Assembly (NCBI GenBank): GCA_038045885.1
Contig: JBBSXG010000025.1
Span: 1 to 32,180, forward strand
Length of the DNA: 32,180 nucleotides
Direction: 5' to 3'
Origin: Nanobdellota archaeon
GTDB lineage: Archaea > Nanobdellota > Nanobdellia > SCGC-AAA011-G17 > GW2011-AR20
Part shown: piece by piece, positions 18,136 through 25,369 of the stretch
Position numbering within the stretch: the first letter of the stretch is position 1
Layout: the number at the start of each line of letters is the position of its first letter
The notes under the pieces: generated by a model
Databases searched by the model: none
What the model saw: the letters and a program-made list of their open reading frames with translations, nothing else
What the model was told of the DNA's origin: nothing
Translations under genes and position numbers: made by a program

Positions 18136-18876
18136 ATGGTAGAAAATATAACAAAGAATATAAAAAAATTGGTAGACGAAAGTGAGCAGGAAAATCCTTA
18201 TGATAAGATTGTTCCCAGCATTGTAAAAAAAGGAATTGATAACGTCAATTTAAATATGTTTGATGATCAAAGCAGAGACGGATTATTAAACGCTGCTGGC
18301 GATGAATTTTTCAAGAGAGGAGATTTTACACAGTCTGTAAAAGCCTATGTTCTAACAAAAAATATTTCAAAGCTAAATCAAATAGGAGACGAGTTTTCTT
18401 CTCGCGGACAATTCTCGCAAGCTATTGAAATTTATAATTTATCTTATAATTTTTCACAGGATAAAAACAAATTAGTAAGTTGTGGGGAAAAATGTTTAAT
18501 TGAAAGTCATTTGTCAGATGCATTGAGAGCATTTTCAATATTAAAAGATGAGCAGAGATTAATTAAACTTGGAGAAATTTGTTTAGATAAAGAAAAGGTA
18601 GATGTTGCAATAGAAGTATTTGCTATTCTTAACCACCGTGATAAATTAATTAAGTTAGGGGATAAATGTTTAAACGAGAACAGATACGGATATGCTGCTC
18701 GCGCTTACGAGTTAGCAGGAGATAAAGACAAGTTGTCTCAATTAGGTGATGTTTTACTTAAATCTGGATTAATGGGGAGTGCATTAAGAATTTATGAACT
18801 AGCAGATAATAAGATGATGGTTCAATTTATCCGCGAGAATTTCTCAGAGGACCAGATAGGTAGATTCTACGCATAA
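18136..18876 (+). CDS. helical-repeat protein (six ~29-33-aa TPR/HEAT-like repeats)
   Basis: Repeats fit the pattern L..lGd..l..g....A...y.l..dkdk: LNQIGDEFSSRGQFSQAIEIY, LIKLGEICLDKEKVDVAIEVF, LIKLGDKCLNENRYGYAARAY and LSQLGDVLLKSGLMGSALRIY. Confidence 0.6.
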   Translation: MVENITKNIKKLVDESEQENPYDKIVPSIVKKGIDNVNLNMFDDQSRDGLLNAAGDEFFKRGDFTQSVKAYVLTKNISKLNQIGDEFSSRGQFSQAIEIYNLSYNFSQDKNKLVSCGEKCLIESHLSDALRAFSILKDEQRLIKLGEICLDKEKVDVAIEVFAILNHRDKLIKLGDKCLNENRYGYAARAYELAGDKDKLSQLGDVLLKSGLMGSALRIYELADNKMMVQFIRENFSEDQIGRFYA

Positions 18877-18889
18877 AAAGAGGATTAAA

Positions 18890-19249
18890 ATGTATGAGCG
18901 TGAAAAGACTATAGATGTTTTAAGAAGATTAAAATCACAAGAATCTAAACCAAATCCTGATATGTATAATAAGCCAAAGCAGGAAATAAAAAAAGAAGAA
19001 ATTAAGATTGTTAATCTTCCTCAAAGAAAAGTTGAGAGTTTAATACAGAGAATTGACGAAATAAGAAGAAAGATGAAAAATGGCTCAGGCGGAGGATATT
19101 TTAATTTATATTATGATCTAAAAAATGCAGAAGAAAATTTTGTTCGTGAAGCAAAAGTATTAAAAGAGAAAAAATTTGACATTCCTCAAACAACAATGAG
19201 GAGAGTAGATGAAATGTTAAATACGATTAAGACAGGTGATAGAAAATGA
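18890..19249 (+). CDS. hypothetical protein (119 aa, charged/helical)
   Basis: AGAGGA SD-like element upstream. A 4-nt ATGA overlap with the next gene is present. Confidence 0.55.
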   Translation: MYEREKTIDVLRRLKSQESKPNPDMYNKPKQEIKKEEIKIVNLPQRKVESLIQRIDEIRRKMKNGSGGGYFNLYYDLKNAEENFVREAKVLKEKKFDIPQTTMRRVDEMLNTIKTGDRK

Positions 19250-19611
19250 GCTTAGGATCATGGTTAAAGGGAGTATTCTTGGAAGAGGATAATAAAGTCG
19301 AAGATGTAAAAGAAGAAAAAGTTGAGGATAGTTTACAAAATTATGATTACAGTGTTAAAATATTCGACATAATAAAAAAAGACGATGTTAATAAGGTTAC
19401 AAACTATATTATTCAAGATAAAACTCTTGCTTTAATAAAAATGCATAAGTTCATTGGGAATAAAGATGACTTAAAGGATGTATTAAATGAGCTAAAAACA
19501 ACTTGTGACAATTGTAACTCGAAAGTTCTTGGTATAACAAACAACATGTACTTTGTTACAAAAAAGACAATTAATGTTGAAAAGGAAGAAGCTAGTTCTC
19601 TTGAGATTTGA
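19246..19611 (+). CDS. sepF: SepF-like cell-division protein (putative FtsZ membrane anchor)
   Basis: N-terminal amphipathic MSLGSWLKGVF. The core YSVKIFDIIKKDDVNKVTNYIIQDKTLALIKMHKFIGNKDDLKDVLNELKTTCDNCNSKVLGITNNMYFVTKKTINV follows the beta-alpha-beta-alpha-beta-beta pattern and spacing of bacterial and archaeal SepF (DUF552). ~120 aa, like archaeal SepF. Confidence 0.55.
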   Translation: MSLGSWLKGVFLEEDNKVEDVKEEKVEDSLQNYDYSVKIFDIIKKDDVNKVTNYIIQDKTLALIKMHKFIGNKDDLKDVLNELKTTCDNCNSKVLGITNNMYFVTKKTINVEKEEASSLEI

Positions 19612-19673
19612 AACAGAAAGGTTTATATATTATTGTTGCAACTTATTAGTAATTATAAGAGGTGCGAACTAAA

Positions 19674-19868
19674 ATGGCAAAAGAAGAACAGATAGGATTT
19701 CATAAAGGATCTTTAACTACATTGATTAAGGAAAAACAAGAACTTGAAAGAATATTGCAGATAGTAAATACCCTAGTCCAGGCTCATGTTAAAGCTTTAA
19801 AAGAATTGGGGATAGATTTGGAAAAAGAAGCTAAATCTAAAAGATCACTGGATGAAAAAATAAGATGA
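19674..19868 (+). CDS. small coiled-coil protein (64 aa)
   Basis: I prefer the ATG at 19674 (MAKEEQ..), which has GAGGTG 8-9 nt upstream, over the tracked GTG at 19662. The sequence has heptad-like Leu/Ile spacing. Confidence 0.5.
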   Translation: MAKEEQIGFHKGSLTTLIKEKQELERILQIVNTLVQAHVKALKELGIDLEKEAKSKRSLDEKIR

Positions 19869-20182
19869 AGATGTATTTTGGAATTACTTTTACGAGAGAT
19901 ATATTCAAAGAAAAAGAATTGGAAGCTATTTTTAATCAAATGGTTGAGGAAAGAAAAGGGGTTTGGGGCATTAGAGGTATAGATGCGGATGATCCCGAGC
20001 ACCTAATGCACATCCTATATGATTCAAATAACATTCCATATATAATTTTTATTAACCATAATACCAAAAAAGTTCAATCAGAGCTAGATAGGCTAAATCT
20101 AAAGCCGGTATCTATAAAGGCAAGCAATTTACTAGGAAGAGTTATGCAATATATAGAAGAAGGAAAGGTTGAACTTAACTAA
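19865..20182 (+). CDS. hypothetical protein (105 aa)
   Basis: ATGA overlap with the upstream gene. No motif recognised. Confidence 0.55.
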   Translation: MKMYFGITFTRDIFKEKELEAIFNQMVEERKGVWGIRGIDADDPEHLMHILYDSNNIPYIIFINHNTKKVQSELDRLNLKPVSIKASNLLGRVMQYIEEGKVELN

Positions 20183-20188
20183 AATTGA

Positions 20189-20629
20189 ATGGAAAGAAAA
20201 ATACTAAACAATAAAGAAATTAAAAGGGTTTTTGAAAAACTTGAAGAACAGTTTGGCATTAGTGTCAAAATTGATTTAGGAGTTCTAAAGGATAAACACG
20301 GAAAATTATTTTTAATTACTAAAGATATAAATAAAGTTGATTTTTCAAAGTTAAGAATAAATGAGTTAGGATTATATTTTGCCAAAGATGATTCTGAAAT
20401 AAGATTGACAATTGAAGGCACACAATTATTTGGAGAGCATGCAACAAAAAATGTTTATGAGATAGACAAATCAGATACCTATTTCTGGATGACAGGAGAA
20501 GATATTTCTTGTAGCAAAGATTATAATGGTTTTGTTATTATAAAACACAAAGATGATTATTTAGGATGTGGAAAATGCAAAGACAAAAAAATTATAAATT
20601 TTATTCCCAAAGAACGCAGGATCAAATAA
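20189..20629 (+). CDS. NIP7-like / pre-PUA plus PUA domain protein
   Basis: GLYFAKDDSEIRLTIEGTQLFG and the C-terminal GFVIIKHKDDYLGCGKCKDKKIINFIPKERR resemble archaeal NIP7/UPF0113-type proteins. Confidence 0.5.
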   Translation: MERKILNNKEIKRVFEKLEEQFGISVKIDLGVLKDKHGKLFLITKDINKVDFSKLRINELGLYFAKDDSEIRLTIEGTQLFGEHATKNVYEIDKSDTYFWMTGEDISCSKDYNGFVIIKHKDDYLGCGKCKDKKIINFIPKERRIK

Positions 20630-21402
20630 GGATATCAGCAAGATTAAATGAAAGTTATCGTAGATTGAATACTAATCATAACAGCTATTTTTCTAGTATA
20701 AGTGATTCAAGAAGAGGAAGTTTATTAGTTGATACAAATTTATTTTACCCGTTAAGGGGGGAAATTCTTACATTCCCATTAATAATAGATGACTTAGAGG
20801 AACATAGAATTTATAATTTATCGGAAAGAGAATTATTAGAAAGAGCAACTTCTTATAAAAGAACATTGAAAGAATTATTAGAGAAAACCCCAAATTTACA
20901 TGTTACAGAAGAAGTCTATCATGAAATATTAGCAGAAACAGGTTATTGGAAAGGCAGAGTCCAGGTTTTAGAATGTTTTAAATTTAACATAAAAGATCCT
21001 AAGAAAAGAAGTTTAATTGAAAGATTAATAAGTTTTGGCAGAAAATATTCTCAATATTTGGAAGAAAACCATATAGAAAATAGAAGTTTAATTAGAAATA
21101 GAATAGCAAAAATTCATCGAAATAGGAACAATGGATTTTTAAGTGAATTAGAAAAAAAATTAAGTAATTTAGGTATAAATTGCACAGATGTGGATAAAAA
21201 TTTGGTCCTTCATGCATTTGTAAACGGTTTTGAAGAAGATTTAACATTAGTATCTTCAGACCATCATATTCTAATGCTAATGGAAGGGCTAACTTATGAT
21301 AAAAAAGTTTTAGAGGATATGATGAATAAGAATGTAAGTATACATAGCAATAGGTTTTGGCATGGTTATATGACTTATATCTTTGATTTCATTAATAGTT
21401 AA
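20566..21402 (+). CDS. PIN-like domain protein with a long internal insertion; start uncertain
   Basis: SLLVDTNLF (first acidic strand) and LTLVSSDHHIL (last acidic strand) are ~170 aa apart. The tracked ATG overlaps the upstream gene by 64 nt. An in-frame TTG at ~20665 is an alternative start. Confidence 0.42.
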   Translation: MWKMQRQKNYKFYSQRTQDQIRISARLNESYRRLNTNHNSYFSSISDSRRGSLLVDTNLFYPLRGEILTFPLIIDDLEEHRIYNLSERELLERATSYKRTLKELLEKTPNLHVTEEVYHEILAETGYWKGRVQVLECFKFNIKDPKKRSLIERLISFGRKYSQYLEENHIENRSLIRNRIAKIHRNRNNGFLSELEKKLSNLGINCTDVDKNLVLHAFVNGFEEDLTLVSSDHHILMLMEGLTYDKKVLEDMMNKNVSIHSNRFWHGYMTYIFDFINS

Positions 21403-21406
21403 AGTT

Positions 21407-22438
21407 TTATTTTCCAAAGAATTTTGTGAATACTAATTTTCCAGGATTTCTCATATTTTTCTTCAAATCCAGATTATATAATAACAGATCCCCAAATAAA
21501 ACATTAATCTCCCCATTATTCAACATTCTTTTTTTTAATTTCCTTCCTTTTTTGCTATGATAAAATTCTTCTTTAACAACTTGAGTTCTCATTTTTCGCA
21601 TGATATTTAATCCATACTTAGTAAGATTAAAAAAAGGATCCTCTGTCAAATAAGCCCCGTAGTTTCCCCTATTAATTTCTTTTTTTAGTTTCTCAAAAGC
21701 AGATATAACATGAGCATCTGCAAACTTTTCATTTCCAGTTCTCAATTTTCCCCTGTCATGCCTTCCATAATGTAAAGGATAAAATTCTTGTTCTTTGCAA
21801 ACATGATCCCAATTCAAATTAAACCAATTATAACTTAATAAGTTTGTGCTCTTTACAAGTGGAATGTTATACAATCTAAATCCATAACTGCCAGTCTCAT
21901 TTACAGAAGGAACATTAACGTCTGCCTGTCCTCCACTCTTTAAAGCCATCTCCAATACAACCTTAAGTTCACCTAGATTTCCTATGTATGGATTAACATT
22001 TATTTTATGATTAAAATCTTGATCTGAATTCATCATTTGAGCCTGATAAATTTCTGTAAAAGGTACGACTCTATATTCCCTAGAAGTGTGCATTATCCCC
22101 TGCCAATCCCAACCTATTATGCTTCTAAAATCCAATTTATTTAATCCGTGAATAAAATTAGATTCTGGAGTGGCTTTATCTTTTATTGCATTTTCTAGAC
22201 TATCATATCTTTTAAGTTTTATAACTCCCAGTTTATGAATAGCATTTAGAGAAGTCCTTGGAATTATAGGATACTCTCTTCCAAATAATAAAATTTCGTT
22301 CGGTTTTAATCTGTCTAACAAATATGAGATGTAAAATCTAACTGTGTTTGAACCAGGATTAAAATATTCCTGAATAACCTTATGATCCTTAACTAGTTCA
22401 GATACTTTAGGTCTTGCTAATAGCTCTTCTAATCCCAT
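21407..22438 (-). CDS. hypothetical protein (343 aa)
   Basis: A long clean ORF with no recognisable motif, TM segment or P-loop. Confidence 0.6.
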   Translation of the reverse strand: MGLEELLARPKVSELVKDHKVIQEYFNPGSNTVRFYISYLLDRLKPNEILLFGREYPIIPRTSLNAIHKLGVIKLKRYDSLENAIKDKATPESNFIHGLNKLDFRSIIGWDWQGIMHTSREYRVVPFTEIYQAQMMNSDQDFNHKINVNPYIGNLGELKVVLEMALKSGGQADVNVPSVNETGSYGFRLYNIPLVKSTNLLSYNWFNLNWDHVCKEQEFYPLHYGRHDRGKLRTGNEKFADAHVISAFEKLKKEINRGNYGAYLTEDPFFNLTKYGLNIMRKMRTQVVKEEFYHSKKGRKLKKRMLNNGEINVLFGDLLLYNLDLKKNMRNPGKLVFTKFFGK

Positions 22439-22468
22439 ATTAAAGCAAAGATAGAAAATTATAAAAAC

Positions 22469-22777
22469 TTATGTCTTTAAGTTTTCATTTATCCATTCTA
22501 GTGTTAGTTTAGTTTTAGGGTTTTTCTTTAAGTATAAAAATAATGATTCAATATTATCCTTGTATTTTGCAATTTCGGGTTTTGAATCATAAGATAATAA
22601 AGCAGGCAATAGCCATCTTTCATAATCATAATTCATACAAGTAACATCTAATCCAAAGTTGTCCTTGCGTTCTAACATCAAGATTTGAATTCTTTCCTGA
22701 AAAGAATTTAATATATATAAAACAGTTTCAGGATTAGTTATTTTTTGTACGATCTCTTCTATATTATAATCATCCAT
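22469..22777 (-). CDS. hypothetical protein (102 aa)
   Basis: ORF co-directional with, and 30 nt upstream of, the 343-aa gene. Confidence 0.5.
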   Translation of the reverse strand: MDDYNIEEIVQKITNPETVLYILNSFQERIQILMLERKDNFGLDVTCMNYDYERWLLPALLSYDSKPEIAKYKDNIESLFLYLKKNPKTKLTLEWINENLKT

Positions 22778-22807
22778 TCTAATAGTTAATCAAACAATTT
22801 TATAAAA

Positions 22808-23158
22808 TTATTTTTTTCTAAAACTAAGATAAATTAATAAGATTGCCCCAATAACATTAAATGAATCAGCCAAATTAAATACAGGAAATATGCTAATCTC
22901 AATAAAATCTCTTACATATCCTAAAAATATTCTATCCATCAAATTTCCTATTATTCCTGCTATTAAAAAACTTAATCCTAATCTTAAGTTTTTATCTTTG
23001 TAATAATAGATACATATTATTAAAACAATTAAACTAACGATGATTAGTAATGTAGTGTAACCTTGAAATAGGCCAAAAGCAGCACCTTTATTAATCGTTG
23101 TTGTTAATAAGTGCTTAGATATCTGATCAAGCAATAACAAGATAATTATAAGTAGCAT
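22808..23158 (-). CDS. lspA: lipoprotein signal peptidase (signal peptidase II), unusually short
   Basis: All LspA blocks are present: [34 protein letters not shown] and [15 protein letters not shown]. Only 116 aa. Confidence 0.8.
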   Translation of the reverse strand: MLLIIILLLLDQISKHLLTTTINKGAAFGLFQGYTTLLIIVSLIVLIICIYYYKDKNLRLGLSFLIAGIIGNLMDRIFLGYVRDFIEISIFPVFNLADSFNVIGAILLIYLSFRKK

Positions 23159-23202
23159 ATCAAAAAATTTATATAAACAAGTATTTATATCTTTTCATAA
23201 AA

Positions 23203-24708
23203 ATGCAGTCTATTTTAGATAATAAAAAAGAGGAAAGTTCAGCTGCTGAGAAAATCCAAAAAATAAGAGATAAAGCAGCTTCTAAGAACATTAGTTACAA
23301 TTTAGTTTATGATTCTATTGGAGAAGGTATTGAGCCTATATATTTCTGGTTGTTAGATTTTTTGCAGGATAAAGAGCCTAGTGGACTGGGAATGGATGAG
23401 GTAATAAAATATAAAGATGAATATGAGGCTGCTGTTGGTTCAGGTTATTTCTCTGATTTAGGAACAAAAGCAACAAGAATGCAAGAACAGGCAATGAAGA
23501 TAATGGGTACAATAAATACTGTTATTAGAAGCGTAATTAATTTAGTCTACGATTTAAGAGAATTTGATATTAGGCTAGAAACTTATGATGATTTGAGATC
23601 AACTAACCCGGATAAAAAAGATGCTGCAGAAATCTCGTTAAGAGTTATATGGATGGACCAGGTAGATGTTAAAAGAGGGAGAGGAAGCATAAATGGATTA
23701 GCACAGCAATTACAGTTTGTTACCCTAAGAGATGCTTTCTTGTATGCAAAAGATGAAGCAGAAGTAGAAAAAATAGATTTAAATGAAAGAGTAAAAAGAA
23801 TATTAAAATCAAGATTAAGTGAATATCTGAAATGGAAATCATATTCAGAAAAAGAATTAAGAAAACGTTATAATATTGAAAAAGCTTATCTAAAATCGCA
23901 ATTTAATTCGCTAAAATATTATACCTCTTGGGTCAAGCCATACTTATTGGCTGCTAAAAAGTTAAATATGACTAATTTCTTGACGCAGTCTGGTTTGCCA
24001 AATCCTAACATTGTGAATATATTTAATAACATGGAAATAAAATTAAGTTTATTTGGAAAACAGGAGTTTAAGATAGAAAGTATTGATCCTAGATTAGCAA
24101 ATATAAAGTTAAATAATAAATATTATTCTTGTTTAGAAGTTGAAATGGTTTTTAGAACTGTTCCGAGAGCAACTCAATCGCAGCAAGGCACAGTTTACAT
24201 ACATTCGGGAAGAACAGATATTAACATGAGGGCATATTCATTTACAGAAAGAGAATTAGAAGAAATTAAGAAATTACAATTTGAAGAAGATATGGAATTA
24301 ATTGAAAATATGACAGATGTTAGTTTAAAAGAAATTCAAGATGATATTGACAAGTATGTTTCAGGTAAAGAGCCAAGTGTAGAAGAAAAGTTAAATTATC
24401 TTAATTCTTTGCTAAAAAAAATAAATGACAGAAGTGCTGCCAAGGAGATTACAGCTGAAATAAAAAAACTTGAAAAAAATTTTTCTCAAAAAGTTGCCTG
24501 GGAAAATCCTTTCAGTGGATTATTGGGAGGATTTGGACAGGCTTTCAAAGCATTTGGAAATTTAAAGAGCTTTTTCAAATATAAAATTGCTGTAGATGAA
24601 GAATATTATGAAAAACTAGCGAGAGACTCGGCAAAAAAAAGGGCAGAAGAATTATGTTATGTATTATATGATGTGTATAAGAAGACACATGGAATGATGA
24701 CTTGGTAA
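23203..24708 (+). CDS. hypothetical 501-aa mostly helical protein with a C-terminal amphipathic Gly/Phe/Lys helix
   Basis: Long ORF with TATA-like boxes 15-35 nt upstream (leaderless-like). NPFSGLLGGFGQAFKAFGNLKSFFKYK lies near the C-terminus. No catalytic motif recognised. Confidence 0.7.
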   Translation: MQSILDNKKEESSAAEKIQKIRDKAASKNISYNLVYDSIGEGIEPIYFWLLDFLQDKEPSGLGMDEVIKYKDEYEAAVGSGYFSDLGTKATRMQEQAMKIMGTINTVIRSVINLVYDLREFDIRLETYDDLRSTNPDKKDAAEISLRVIWMDQVDVKRGRGSINGLAQQLQFVTLRDAFLYAKDEAEVEKIDLNERVKRILKSRLSEYLKWKSYSEKELRKRYNIEKAYLKSQFNSLKYYTSWVKPYLLAAKKLNMTNFLTQSGLPNPNIVNIFNNMEIKLSLFGKQEFKIESIDPRLANIKLNNKYYSCLEVEMVFRTVPRATQSQQGTVYIHSGRTDINMRAYSFTERELEEIKKLQFEEDMELIENMTDVSLKEIQDDIDKYVSGKEPSVEEKLNYLNSLLKKINDRSAAKEITAEIKKLEKNFSQKVAWENPFSGLLGGFGQAFKAFGNLKSFFKYKIAVDEEYYEKLARDSAKKRAEELCYVLYDVYKKTHGMMTW

Positions 24709-24739
24709 TGTTTATTAACCTTATAAATATAAAGTTTTT

Positions 24740-25369
24740 ATGGATGTTAAAGAAATATTAAAGAACTTAGAGAAATTAAAAGGCAATGAAGTTAAAATAA
24801 AGTATCTTAATGAAATATTAAAAAAAATAGAAGATAAAGATTTAATTGAGGAAATAAAAGAATTAATCCAGGAATTAGAAGATAATTTGGAGTCAAAAAT
24901 AGAAGATGTAATAATTCCTGCATCAAGAAGACGTAAAATGGAATTAGATGAAGTTGAGAGTGATATCGAAACTCAAGGAAGACAAGTTGTAAGACAGAGA
25001 CAATTGCCGAGGCAACAAATAATACTTCCAAGAGACGAGGAGGATAAAGAAACAAGATATAATATTGCTCCAAGATATGAAACAAAAACACAACAAACTT
25101 ATCAAACTGCACAATTATTTACAACCTATGAGAACATGTCCCAGCAGTCACAGACAAATGCTAGATTAATAGAAGAAGTATTAATAAAAGAAAGAGATTT
25201 TGATATTGGAAACGCAATAAGTGAAAATCAAAGAGAAGAAATTCGAGATACGATTGATAAGTTCATGCCAAATGCGTCTGTAGAAGAAAGAATAAAAACA
25301 GAGCAGCAAGTGTTTTATGACATGAAGTTAAAAGATAAAAACTTAAAATATATTGCGAAACTAAGATGA
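24740..25369 (+). CDS. hypothetical 209-aa charged, Gln-rich protein
   Basis: N-terminal coiled-coil-like region, a central Q/R/T-rich low-complexity stretch (QGRQVVRQRQLPRQQ..TKTQQTYQTAQ), and an ATGA overlap with the next gene. Confidence 0.6.
   Translation: MDVKEILKNLEKLKGNEVKIKYLNEILKKIEDKDLIEEIKELIQELEDNLESKIEDVIIPASRRRKMELDEVESDIETQGRQVVRQRQLPRQQIILPRDEEDKETRYNIAPRYETKTQQTYQTAQLFTTYENMSQQSQTNARLIEEVLIKERDFDIGNAISENQREEIRDTIDKFMPNASVEERIKTEQQVFYDMKLKDKNLKYIAKLR

Noticed and set aside
18012-18137. Long version (75 aa) of the ORF 17910-18137
   Set aside because: The first 42 codons are hydrophobic and Tyr-rich, and run through the promoter of the divergent 18136 gene. The internal ATG at 18011 has a perfect GGAGG SD.
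19784-20421. Minus-strand ORFs 19784-20002 and 20179-20421
   Set aside because: They are antisense to a tightly coupled plus-strand operon.
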